Assembly (NCBI RefSeq): GCF_052425735.1
Contig: NC_135763.1
Location: 10,292,001 to 10,356,000 of the forward strand
Origin: Oculina patagonica
Lineage: Eukaryota
Length of the DNA stretch: 64,000 nt
Direction: 5' to 3'
Positions 1-12,306 of the stretch are shown here, piece after piece. The stretch's first letter is position 1, and the number at the start of each line of letters is the position of its first letter. A program made the translations under genes and the position numbers. The notes under the pieces are model-generated. The model was not told the DNA's origin. It was given only the letters and a program-made list of their open reading frames with translations, and did no database searches.

Positions 1-473
1 TAGCTCGTTTTTAATTTTTTCCCTGGATAGACGTTAAATCGATTGAGTTTGTTTGGGGTTGGAGCTAGTTTCGCGTTTGTGAAAATTGATAAGGCGTGAG
101 CCAAAATAGCACGGGACTGAAGTCACGCAAAAACAAATGCAAAATTAATCACCTGTAAAATCTAGAGGAATTAATTTTGAATAACTTATTGTAAAGGGAA
201 CTAGATTGGCAACGACTGTAAGTCAAAAATAACATAAAAGGAAATGGGCAGTTTAACCCAACTCAAGAACAATCCGCAACTTATATCTCCTTTCTTGTAT
301 CAATAAAGTATCAATATTTGTCAAGAAGATGGCTAATGAGAATGTAAATTTTAATCATCAACTGGGAAATTATCAATTACCTTGTAATTACCTAACCCCC
401 CCCCCCCCCCAAGTCTCAAACCATAAAAATGTATATTTCACACAAAGTATATTGTTTTGTGTACCTATATATA

Positions 474-863
474 CTGTAATGATTCGATTTAGCACCCGGG
501 GCGCTTATTATTTTTGGCACCTCAAGGGTAGGGGCACTTATTTATTTTTTTGAGAAACAACCAAATGTTCAAAATAAAACTTTAACAAATATTAACAGAA
601 ACTGTAAAAGTAACAAATTGTTGAGAGTTCAGAATAATTTGTTCCTTTTAGCAGTCAATATATACATGTGCGGTACGGTGAATGTTCATGTTTTAATCTA
701 TTCGCCGTCGATGAGTTCAGTAGGGGCGCTTAAGGGAGCTTGTAAGAATGGTGGCGCTTATTAGAATGGGAGCACTTATTGGAATAGGGGCGCTTATTGA
801 CAAAAAACACATTCCAAGGGGGGGCGCTTATTGGAAGGAGGGCGCTAAATCGAATCATTACGG
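474..863. mobile_element. MITE (Tc1/mariner-pogo-like)
   Basis: TIRs CTGTAATGATTCGATTTAGCACCC and GGGCGCTAAATCGAATCATTACGG; internal GGGGCGCTTATT repeats. Confidence 0.75.
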
Positions 864-961
864 CATATGTGAATGTTGCACCCACCAACTTATTCTTACA
901 CATAAAATTTCATTTATTTTTTTTTTAATAACTAATGAATCTTTTTCTTGCTAAATTAAAG

Positions 962-3900
962 AGGTACAAATTGCAATGCATGCTGTTGGAATATGTGGCT
1001 CAGATGTGCATTACTGGAAGAAAGGAAGAATTGGAGATTTCATTCTCACAGCACCCATGGTTCTCGGACACGAATCAAGTGGAGTGGTGTCTGCAGTAGG
1101 TGAAGGAGTTACAAACCTTAAAGTTGGTAAGTCTATTATTTTGTTCCTGAGTAGTGACTAAAGTGATCTTGCATAGGCAGCGGAGCAGGGGGTAGGAAGG
1201 GGCTCAGCCCCCAATGTTTTGGTGCTGAAAATATCGCGAGCACAGCGTAAAATTGGTTTGTCAAGATGTTCTGTCTCATGAGGGAGTTCAAACATCTTCG
1301 CAACTTCCTTAAAAATCTTCGGGAAACTATGTTTATCTTCGGAAAAGTTCGAAAAATGATTGGAAACTTTCTAATGGCCTTCGAACAACAATCGAGGAAT
1401 CTTCAGAAATCTCCAGTCAACTGTTCAGATAGCAAAAAGTTGCAAGAACGGAAAACCTGCGGAGCATTTTAAGGACAGTTGTAGCCCCCCCATGTTCCAA
1501 AATGCTCCGCCGCCTCTGTCTTGAGTCAGCATTTGAGCCAAGTGACCCATATTAGAATGGCACTTAACTCCTGCCAGTTTCTCAGTGTAGCAGTCCATCA
1601 CAGGGTTAATATTATTATTCCCTGCATTAGTTTGCCGGCTGAAGAGGGGCACTGTGAGAGTAAAGAATCTTGACTAAGAACACAACACAACAAACCAAGC
1701 CAGGGCTTGAGCCCTGAGTGCTTGATCCAGAGTCCAGTGCACAAACATTAGGCCACCTGATGCCTCTCACAGCAATGTTCCTGATTATAGCTTAAATATT
1801 GAATCCATAGGCGTACGGGCACCTTCGGACCTGGGGGAGCAGACACCTTATTGCCCGAAAAAAAATGACATGCGTTGAAAGCGAATTAGAGAGGCATATA
1901 GAATGGACAACAAAACGTGCATTGAAATAGTTGTGCACCCTGCCTTCTTAAAGTTCTCTAATTAATTTCGTGGCGTTGTCCGTAGATGTCAATGCACAAC
2001 CTCGTTCCCAGCGTCTCTCATCTTCCCTACCCCAATGCACTGAATCCTTTTTCTTCGGAAATATTTTATTTTTTCACTTTAGTTCAGAAAAAAATTAAAG
2101 TATTTTTGGGGAGCCAATTTACATTGTTTTCGCCTACTTGAAAGTTATAGAAAAGTGGTTGAAACATTCAGGCGTAAATGGGTTAAAACATTTCGTTGAA
2201 AGTTTTAAGCTAGCCATTAGAACTAACTAAACGTTTGGGTCAAAAGCATTATCAGAGCATTAGCTTCAGCACATCTGTAACAGCTTTGTTTCAAAGTCTT
2301 ACACTGGATCCACCATGCGCAAACTCTCAAGCTATGGAAAATCCTAACTTCTGGTCGCCCTCGCCAATTTCCCACTCACTTAAAAATGATTACAACTGAA
2401 TAAAACTGAGGGGTCAGGCAGAATTTTCGAGAAAAATCGAACATCATTATAGCAATTTGCGAGAGGAAACGAAAGCAGACAAGATATGGTATGCGGTATG
2501 AGAAATTTAGACTTCTGAACCACAAAGTTTGGTATATTTTCAATACTTTTCTGCTGATGTAATTCGTTTTGAACATAACTTTGAGATTTGTCGGCTTATT
2601 TTCACTTTTTTCTCTGGCTTATTGCCCGAATTCTGAGCATTTTGCCCGAAAAATTTCGGCGCTGGGGGGGCTGCAGCCCCCCTCGCCCCCCCCGCCTCGT
2701 ACGCCTATGATTGAATCTCACTAAGGCCTCCATGTATTGTGTAGAGGGTGTGTGCAAGTACCGGTAAGTGCTATTCTGCCCTATCTGCTGCACTTTGTTT
2801 TGCCTCATTCCATTGGTAAGGTGTTGTGGAGGCAGTTATTCATGTTCTTTCCATTGCTTCAGTTTTTGTGGCCAACTCCCTGTATGGAAAGCTTGCCTGA
2901 GCCCGCCCGGAATTTTACTATAAAATGGAATCCCAATTTCTTGAACCCTTGACAAATCAGGGGCAAAGTTACAGAGAAGTACTATCCAAGGTAAAAAGGT
3001 TACCAGTAGTTAAAAATTTTTTGGTGTTTTGAAAAACCGAGGGCTCGAGAAATTGGGATTCTATTGTATTTTCTCCTGTGTAAAGAAAATATATATTTTA
3101 TGGTCTGATCTTAGTTGTTCCCTTGTTGTTGTGCTGTTAGGTGACAGAGTGGCCATTGAACCAGGAGTGGGCTGTCGGATTTGTTCCTTTTGCAAGGAAG
3201 GCCGTTACAATTTGTGTCCAGACATGAAGTTCGCTGCCACCCCTCCATATGATGGCTCACTGTGCAGATACTTTGTTCATGCTGCTGACTTTTGTTTCAA
3301 GTAAGTCATTGTTCTTAATGTGCTGAAACTTCAGGTCAACTTTAGAAATCTTCAGATGCCTTGGGGTCAACTTTGGAGATCTTTCGAAGACTGTTTAACT
3401 TCAGGAAACTTTGTGTCAACCCCAGGATGTCAACTTCAGAATGAAGAGTAATAGACACTCCTAGGGAGTACTTAAGGTGGCTTAATACAGTTTTGAGAGG
3501 GCAAATCAGTCCAACCTTTAACTCTCTTGTTCAAATTCCAAAAAAGTTTTGTCTTTCTCTTATCACTGTTTGTTACATCCTAAAATCATCTAATGCGATA
3601 TTTGGAAAATAAAAATGCTAATAAACAGTTTAAATGAACGGCCGAGTGCTTATGAGGGGACTGGCACTAGTATTTTAAACGGCGTTTTTCTCAAAATCTA
3701 CCCGTACGACCCTACCTCAAAATTTCAGAAATAAGAAATTGGCTTTGATTTATCATTCATGCAAAATAATATAAAAATCTGTAAGACAGATTTTTCGCTA
3801 AATAGGAAAATGTGATATTTTGCCGATTTTTAAAATAACTCAAAATCTGTCTTACAGATTTTTTCAAAATTTTGGCCGTGGACGTGGTTCACCCCTTAAA

Positions 3901-6900
3901 TTTAATTGTGAAAGTTTCATAATGGGTTGTACGGTAGGTTTTCGAGAAAATCTGGATCAAAATCTGGCTTTTACGACCTCCGAAGTGAATCAAATTGCGC
4001 GTGCGAGCGCGCGCTAATATGACGCCATGCGTCGCCAACGATAACGAAAGACAGAATAAGAACTTCTCTGTCGGTTTTTAATCCACATTTTTTGTCGTAT
4101 TGTTTTCCGTCCCAGGTTGAGAGGCCTATCTGAAAGTATTTTGAAGTTTTCTTTTGTACACAAATTTGGTAAAGCGCGGTAAAACAGGTGGAACTCTTTT
4201 TCGTTTCTGTTTAGAGTTGCTAGCGCCATTTTAGGCCGCGCGAGCAATAATGACGTCAAGCGGAAAATCGTAGCGCGCACCTTTGAGGCACGTAAAAACT
4301 GTATTCAGCCACCTTAATTATACTTCTCTCACCCAATCAGTATCCAGTAATCCAGTAATTCAGGCAGCGGAGCAGGGGGGCAGGGGGAGCTGTAGCCCTC
4401 CCTCCCAAACAAGACTTTTTGGGGCTCAACCGCTCACCCCCCCCCCCCCACACACACACACACATACCCTCACACACACACACACACACAAGTTTGGATA
4501 CTTAAAAAATCGAGAGCGCAGTGTAAAATTGGTTTGTCAAGATATTCCATTGATCCATTGATCCATTTCTTCAGGCTTCCTGACCATGTGTCATTTGAGG
4601 AGGGAGCTCTTCTAGAACCACTGTCTGTTGCTGTACATGCTTGCCATAGAGCCCACATCTCCATTGGAAGCAATGTGTTGATCTGTGGAGCCGGTGAGAA
4701 GTTTTACTCTAATTTAGCTGGTTTGCTGGTAAATAAAATCTGTCATGAAAATTTTGGCTCTAAACCGGTATTCAATAATGACCTTTAAGGTGGCTCCATA
4801 GGGTTTCTTGACCGCGCGAAGAATGGGTACGAGCTTGAAATGCCGGCAAATCAAAACAAACATGGCGGCTTCACGCGAGCGTGAAATTTTCGGCGAGAAA
4901 ACGCGAGACTTGCTTCCTGCCAATGAAATAACACCCGTGCTTTCCTGTGTTGAGCAGATAAAAGAGTTTACAACACCCTAAAAAGGTGTTTACAACGTCC
5001 GCGGTGCTTCTGGCCGCTTTTGTAAAGTTCGTACGATCGAAAGCAAAAGATAAAATAAAGAATAGTCTCCGCGATTGTAAGATACTTCGAGCAGAATTTC
5101 AGAGATTCTGCTACATAAAGGATTAAGGTATGTCTCTAACTAACCGTTGTGTTAACAGATATTCGCACAAAAACCGACAACAACGGGAAACGCTCGTCTT
5201 TACACATCAACTCGTATGGTTCGAAAGTTCGCGCATGCTCAAATAGCGATCTTGGACAATTTCTATTCTGATGATGTAATTGTTATTCGGGCGAAAATAG
5301 AAATTTTCCCCTGGTATTTACTAGAGTTTCCTTCGGTGAAATTCCTTAAAATTTGGCATAGATGTGATACCTTTTAAAGAATGTCAGTCGTTTCGCCTAC
5401 AAGTAGTTTCGCCTACAGGTTGATTCGCCTACAGTGAAGTCGATTCGCCTACACGACCTGAGTTGTTTCGCCTACACAAAAGTCGATTCGCCTACACTTT
5501 TTTTTCTCGAATTTGAAGTCTTCATCTTTAGTAAGGCGTATTTCTTAAGGTTGCGATCCGGGATTTTTATGTACTCGCCGGTCACGCGTAATGTTTGACT
5601 AGTATGGACTAGGAAGAAGACACAAGGCCTGGGACCGAGAAAGGATGTTCTCGCATCGCGCATAGCTTAGCGGTGCTACCTACGAAAAGAATTTTTTTCA
5701 TAAAGACATGAGGCAAATGTGTTAATCTGATTGCTTTAAAAGTCGCAAGAACATCTTTTCAAGGGAATGCATGGGTACCGGGTGAACTGGTTTTACAATA
5801 AAGCTTACTACGTCTTCACACTTAAATAACTTTTTTTATTTTAGTTCATAGTGGCTCTTAACCTAGTTTTTGACAACAGTTCTAATCTTACTCTTTTAAT
5901 TCAAACTAACTTTTGCTACAATTTCTTACGTGGCAAATGCTATTAATTGCTACTATTAAATAGATATTCCTAAGACCCTTATTGTTTCCTTATTGTTTTT
6001 TAATGGTTTGTTTAATTTGTTTGCTTCGGCGAAAATAACACACACATACCATCAAGTTAAGGTAAACTTTATTAGTATTGAACTTTATTTAGGTATTCCT
6101 CTCTTCTATCTTTCGGAACATAGCAAGCTTTGATGTAGGCGAATCGACTTTGGTGTAGGCGAAACAACTCAGGTTGTGTAGGCGAATCGACTTCACTGTA
6201 GGCGAATCGACCTGTAGGCGAAAATACTTGTAGGCGAAACAACCGGATACCCTTTTAAACTGCCCTTTTTGTCGTTTTTTTTAAAAAAATTTGTAAGCCA
6301 GTTTTTTTGCTTAGTCAAAAAAACACAAAATAACCAAAAACGCAAAAACGACCTGGACAACCCCTACTTTTTTTGTTTTTAAAAGTTACTTCTCATCAGA
6401 TTCAATCCGTTGGGAGAATTTAAAAATTTTTCACCGAAGAAAATTAAAGAAATTTAAGATCAAAACCATAAAAACACCAAAAAATAGGACTTTTTGAGTA
6501 GATTGTAGCTCAAAAACAAAGGCCGTTATTTTAAAAAAGAATAATGCACAACATATTTTAGTCCTTGTTTTTAATATTTCGGCAGCTTTTATTTATTACT
6601 AGTTTAAAAAATAACGCGAAAATGATCTCTTGATGGGTATCACTTCTGCGCGCGCCGTAATATCTCAAAACCCTATGGAGCCACCTTAAATAGTATTTTT
6701 TAATAACTTTAGAATTTTATAATGAACTTTAGTAATTTTTTAAGAATTTTAGAATTTTATAATGAATTTTAGTATTTTTTTAAGAATTTTAGTATTTTAT
6801 AATGAATTTTAGTATTTTAATAAATTTACTATTTTATCCTATTGTAATTTAAATATCTTATCTACTTCCTTTAATATTGTTTCGTTATTGTTCCTTATAT

Positions 6901-9507
6901 AAATATATTTCTTGTAAGAGCATTGAGATTTTTTAATGTAATGCGCAATAAATAAATTATTATTATATTATTATTATCTGGGAGGCCATGGGTTCGATTC
7001 CTGTCGGGGACTCAGAATTTTTCTTTGTCCCATGCTCATGGCTTTGTTGAAAAATTCATCTTCATTATTTATCACCAAGCTTGAAATTTGTCATCTTTAT
7101 TATTTACTACACACTTGATGATTTTGACATTGCTGATCCTAGCAGTATGCAGGACGCTTGTCACATATCAACCTAGTAAATGGCCAAGCTCTCTATGAGT
7201 CTCTCAAAGCTCAGTTGGTTAGAGCGCCCAACCGGTATCTGGGAGGCCATGGGTTCGATTCCCGTCGGGGACTCAGAACTTTCCTTTGTCCCATTCTCCT
7301 GTCATTGTTAAAAAATTCATCTTCATTATTTATCACCAAGCTTGAAATTTACCATCTTTATTATTTACTAATATTGGACCAGTTGTTAAATTTATTTAAC
7401 TGTATTTCTATTGCAGGTCCCATTGGTTTGGTGAACCTTATGACTGCCAAAGCTTGTGGTGCAAGTAAAGTAGCCATCACAGGTGAACACTGTTGTTGGT
7501 TTGTTACTAACAGGGAACTTTCAGATCAGAGTACGAGTATGAGATCGGGTACGAGTACAACCTTTGAATTTCAATCCAGTTATGTTCCCAGAGCCATCAC
7601 TTGATCGGTCGAAAAAGGAGACTATCGGTACCAGACTGGTGTGAAATTTTGATTATGTATTGACAGCATAAGCACTAGGTCAGAAAAGTCGTACTCTTAC
7701 TCAGTCTGAAGGTCCCTAAAAACATTTCTGAACTTAGGTTTCCATAGCTTCAATTGCCTAACTAGAAATATTAACTATATTTTGCTCCAACAGTTTATGT
7801 GCTTCTGATCAGTTTTATGTGGTTTTGATCAATTGAATAATCAAGAACATAGAGTGATTGATCAGCTGTCAACTTGTCTTTCAGATATCGATGAAGGCAG
7901 GCTAAACAAAGCTAAGGAACTTGGTGCTGACTATATCATCAAAGTGGATACCACCAAAGACAGCCGTGACTTGGCCAAGAAAATTGTTGATTGTCTGGGA
8001 ATGGCTGATCAAACCATTGAATGCAGTGGAGCTGAGTCAAGCTTCCATGCAGGAATTCATGTTAGTTGACTCTTGAATTCCCAAGAGGAATTAATATTAT
8101 TATCAAATTTTGCCTTAGTGTCACTCAATCTTGTTCCAAGAGCCATCTCTTCTTTAATGTCAGTACCAAGAATGTGAACTCTGGCCAAGTCTGATGTGAA
8201 AGGCCATGATTTGCAGATTTCTGGGCCAAAAACTTGTAGCCAAAAAATTCCAGTTGGAAAACGAATGGAACACTAATTATCTGGAAAATCTATTCGGAAA
8301 TGGCCGATTCCCTCTATGGTGCGATCCTGCAGGGAATCACGGTAGTTGTATTCATCATTGCGAAGTCTCGCGCATGGTTTGATGAACACAACGACCATGA
8401 TTCCTTGCAGGCGCGCGCCATAGAGGGAAATCGGCCATTGTGGACTAGGTTTTGATGTAGTCCCTTCATTCTGATTGGTACGAACCGTTGAAAAATTCTG
8501 AAACATTTGGTTTTTTTCCGGTTTTCAGTCTACCATCAAGGGAAAACAATAATATATTGTTAACTAAATTATACAGTCAGTTTGCTGTTTTTGAAAAAAC
8601 ACTTACCATTATTCAACATAATTCCAAATGGCAGGGCTGCAAATAACAGTTGGTCATTGGACATTGGCCGACCAAATTTGCTCATGTCTGACGAAATCCC
8701 AAGTGTGGTCGGACATGATGTCCGGACAATTTTTTGATCATAAATCATTTTATGGCAACAATGAATTAAATTAAACCTTTTGTTTTTGGGGATGTCCAAC
8801 CAAAATTTTGTTTTGTCCGACCATGATGGTGTCTTAGTAGGACATATGTCATTTCCTTTTAAGAAAAATATTTGCAGCCCTGAAATGGTAAACACCCCTG
8901 GTCATTTGCGCCTAAAGCTGATTGGCTAACAATTGAAAATGATTTATTTATTTATTTGTATTTGTTTGTTTGTTTATTTTTTACTCCATCTGCTACTCTG
9001 ACTCATGCATCTTTATTTTTAACTTTAAGGCAACTAAGCCAGGAGGCACACTTGTTGTAGTTGGATTGGGAAAGCCTGAAGTGCAATTTCCCATTGTGGA
9101 TGCTTTGGTTAGAGAAGTGGACATCAGAGGAATATTTAGATATGTTAACTGGTAAGTCAAGCATTCTCATCAGCGCCAAAATAATAGAGTTAAGGGAGTA
9201 CCCTCCCTCCCCCCCCCCCCCCACCATCACCTTGGCCTTGCCTCACTTCACTTCTCTGCACCATCCCACATCATGCTGTTCCTACCCTGGCATCAACACT
9301 TCATTTATTTGGTTTTATTGAATTTTGTATCACAGCTATCCGACAGCCCTGGCACTGGTTGCGTCTGGAGCAGTGAATGTCAAACCACTAATAACTCATC
9401 ACTTCAAACTTGAGCAGTCTCTTGATGCCTTTGAGACTTCAAGAACTGGTGCTGGAGGAGCAATAAAAGTAGTCATCCACTGCAATGAGGGATACCAGAC
9501 ACAATAG
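962..9507 (+). CDS. SORD: Sorbitol dehydrogenase (zinc MDR family), 5'-partial; exons 962-1126, 3141-3300, 4575-4693, 7417-7482, 7885-8060, 9030-9151, 9336-9507
   Basis: Spliced peptide has [26 protein letters not shown], the structural-Zn CxxCxxC...[15 protein letters not shown], the GAGPIG Rossmann motif, [11 protein letters not shown] and C-terminal IKVVIHC. All introns are GT-AG with matching phases; stop TAG at 9505-9507. The first exons were not found in the window. Confidence 0.96.
1600..1765 (-). mobile_element. CORE-like SINE, degenerate
   Basis: GGCACTGTGAGAGTAAAG...AAGAACACAACACA...CATTAGGCCAC. Confidence 0.65.
1806..2709. mobile_element. Non-autonomous hAT-like transposon
   Basis: TIR CATAGGCGTACG/CGTACGCCTATG; 8-bp TSD ATTGAATC at 1798-1805 and 2710-2717. 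Confidence 0.85.
3476..4313. mobile_element. Non-autonomous TTAA-specific (Kolobok-like) transposon
   Basis: TIR GGTGGCT(T/G)AATACAGTTTT, TTAA TSD, GG...CC termini. Confidence 0.8.
4789..6685. mobile_element. Non-autonomous TTAA-specific (Kolobok-like) transposon with a nested insertion
   Basis: TIR GGTGGCTCCATAGGGTTT; TTAA TSD on both sides. Confidence 0.85.
5379..6250. mobile_element. Mutator/foldback-like element with subterminal TTCGCCTACA arrays
   Basis: About 6 inverted repeat units at each end; 9-bp TSD CCTTTTAAA at 5370-5378 and 6251-6259. Confidence 0.8.
6692..6835. repeat. AT-rich minisatellite, ~20-bp unit (AATGAATTTTAGTATTTTAT-like)
   Basis: About 7 imperfect tandem units. Confidence 0.8.
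6976..7369 (+). mobile_element. tRNA-headed repeat in partial tandem (5'-truncated copy, linker, full copy)
   Basis: A box TAGCTCAGTTGG-like and B box GGTTCGATTCC. 6976-7109 repeats 7237-7369, and both end in ATCTTTATTATTTACTA. Confidence 0.8.
7512..7717. mobile_element. MITE (Harbinger-like)
   Basis: AGGGAACTTTCAGA...TCTGAAGGTCCCT with GAGTAC subterminal repeats. Confidence 0.6.
8299..8439. mobile_element. Palindromic MITE
   Basis: AATGGCCGATTCCCTCTATGG...CCATAGAGGGAAATCGGCCATT. Confidence 0.7.
8632..8882. mobile_element. MITE with CAGGG...CCCTG termini
   Basis: TIR CAGGGCTGCAAATA; flanking direct repeat AAATGG. Confidence 0.75.
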
Positions 9508-10677
9508 ACAAAGCCATATCTAACAGTTTTCTAATATATACTTTCTTTTTCAAAATACGAGTAAGGCAAGCGTTATTAATAATAAGTATCTTGCTATCCT
9601 TTATGACTGGTAGTAAAAGAGGTGATACCTCCCAGGGGTTACACCTTTTGGGCATGGAACACAAATTAAAACTTCCTTCAATCAAGACACGTCATAGACT
9701 TAAGGGCCCTGTGATATGAAACAAAATTATCGGTATACTTATTATCCTCTAAGAAAGAACTTAAATTTTTCACTTACGGTATATTATATTTTTCTTTTTA
9801 CACAACTTTCTTAGAAAATGTTAACAAGTGGGTTTTTTACGGTGGACACAAAAGTGCAGATTGTCAGCCATTTTTTTTGTTTGTTTGTTTAGACCTGTTT
9901 ATGCTTTACAAGTTGATTGATTAACCACTTTGTTGCCAGTTAGAATGATCAGACAAGACCCCTTTCGTACCAGATATTCTCAGTTGTTCTGTTGCAGAGG
10001 TTTACTGTCTGCACTGGGCAAAATTATCCATACCATGAGACCTGCACGCTGACGAACAAATGCATAGTCCCTCGAGACTTAATAAACTCAAATAGTTCTT
10101 ATTTTATTACAATAACGTAGGTTCATGTAGCTAGAGGTTTAGGAAACTTTTGAAATTAAATTAAAGTACAGTATTGTCCAAAAAAATAAATTAATACTCT
10201 AACATTTTATGTTTGTTTTAGAGGTTTATTGGTATGAGTTGATTCTAAAATATAATAAAATATTTAATATAGACATATCAAATAAACTTAGCCCAGCTAT
10301 CACACTTTGTTGAACCGTTTCATGAGTGATATTGGCAAAACTTTACCCTGAGTGTAAGCAAAACTTTCTTTTAACTCCCCACTGCAGGAATTCCAACCAA
10401 AGATATTATGTATATCTGAAAATTGATTTCTTTCTTTTCTAAGCGACGACGTAAGGCATCGCTTTATTCTTGGGCCATCGACCGGTTGTGTTTAATGTTT
10501 CGCACAATTGACCACTCGTCAGGTCTGTAAACTCACCCCTCTAGGAAGCCTGTTCGCAGGCTCAATCGCAGGCTATGATCTATGATCGCACCAACCGCGT
10601 TCCCCAACGCGTTCCCGAGGTTGTGATCGCACAGTGGAGCGGGTGTGATCGCACAGTAGGCCAAAAATAAATTTTAA

Positions 10678-11478
10678 GGTCGCGCAGGACCCTTGAGATC
10701 ATTATGTATGTATTTATTTAAAGAGTAGGCACGAACTGCGACGACTGAAGCCGACAACAAACGAAATATTCATGACAATGTTTTTCTTAAAGTTCTTTGT
10801 ACAAGTAATTACACGGTATTGTTCTCAGCTTTGCGTACCGTGCGCTGAAACAAAGCGAATTATCATAATTAGATTCACTGCTGCGAATGTAGCACACGTC
10901 GGTTGTCAACATTGACTCGGAAGGTCTTCGGAAGCGGAAAATCCTGCAATTTTGTGTCCAAGTTTTCTTCGCCGATATAGAATTTCAGGAGTTGATTCGC
11001 GAGGAATATGAACTTGGCGCACCCTATTGTGTTATGACAAGAGCGAATTTTGAAATTTCGTTCTCAGAATGAAGATAGCACGTTTCAAAGTTCAGATTTC
11101 ACATTTTTACACTCTTAGAAGCAGATAACTTGTAGCAGTTTTTGAAATCGAAAATTTCGTTCTTGTCATAACACAAAAGAGGTTATGATTCATCACTAGG
11201 TTATATAATCATTTAACTTGGTGCGCTGTAATAGCCGAAAACTTGGACACAAAATCGCATTATCTGCAGTTAAACTTTTAAGAACCTGTAACATTACAGT
11301 TAACGGTCATCTCTCAGTAAAAGGACAATCATGATGTAATTTCATCATCCCTTAATATCCTTGAAAAATTTTAGAGAAATCGATGTTCAAAATGTAGCGA
11401 ATTGAAGCTTTACAAGATAGCACTCCGTCAAGAAATTTGGCTAATGAATTTATTAATGAGCAAGGGTCCTGCGCGACC
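10678..11478. mobile_element. Non-autonomous TTAA-specific (Kolobok-like) transposon
   Basis: Perfect 18-bp TIR GGTCGCGCAGGACCCTTG; TTAA TSD. Confidence 0.85.
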
Positions 11479-12306
11479 TTAAGTAGTTAATGTCACCCCT
11501 GAATTTTCCAAAAAAAGAGAACCTAAAACTGCTAGAATATCACTTTTTTCACATTCCAGCAACATTGATCAGCATTTAGATAAAGATTCCATGTAAAAAT
11601 GTAGTAATGCGCAGTACCATTCCGAATTTTTCAGTCCGAGTCGTTTTTTGATTAGCTCTGTCACAATGCAGCCGATAAACAAAATGAATAGTCCTGTGGA
11701 AAGATCAATCCTAGCTCTATCAGCTGCTTCAGTCACAAAAAAACTACTGACGTGCAAATTGATTACGTCACAATTGGTTCAATGACCGCACTGAATTTTT
11801 CATGGTCTTTTTATCGACTAAAAGATATAGTGGGGAAGCTTGTCACTCTCTTACCGAATTCCGCACATAGTTGTTAACTCTCAAGGGACTGTTTTAATTT
11901 CGTTGTCATCGACATTGTCGTTGTGGCTCTCTTTTTTGATAATGCTGCCAGTCACTTAATATAAGATGAAGGCATTTTACTCCTAAACGCGCATTTAGGT
12001 GCTATTTGGAGGTGTCTTTCAAAAAACTATACAGAATTTGGTCATTTCATGCTGCTTTGTAAGTTATGACTAAGAAAATTCATCAGGAAACATAAACGTT
12101 TGTAGAACCACTTAACTGCTCATAGTTATTGAAGCCAGCGCTATCAACCAATCAAATGTGCCCAATGTACAAAGTTTCTTGGCCGCCAGTGATCCTGATT
12201 TTACGTAGGTATGCTACGCGGACCTATCCGCTAGCGTCTTTCTTTTGAATCTGAACCTCGTTTTCAGGCAATGTACACCGGAGACCTGGGCACTACTATA
12301 ATCAAA

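Noticed and set aside
5379-5500. CRISPR-like array of TTCGCCTACA
   Set aside because: Units are too short, they are mirrored at 6135-6245, and they lie within a TSD-flanked transposon in a eukaryotic intron.
7115-7136. C/D box snoRNA (TGATGA...CTGA) in a SORD intron
   Set aside because: The boxes are only ~11 nt apart and lie within a multicopy repeat linker.
7198-7277. Possible functional tRNA gene (also at 13474, 24921, 16471 and 43537)
   Set aside because: A/B boxes are present, but there is no proper acceptor stem or T-run terminator, and each continues into a shared repeat body. These are tRNA-derived repeats.
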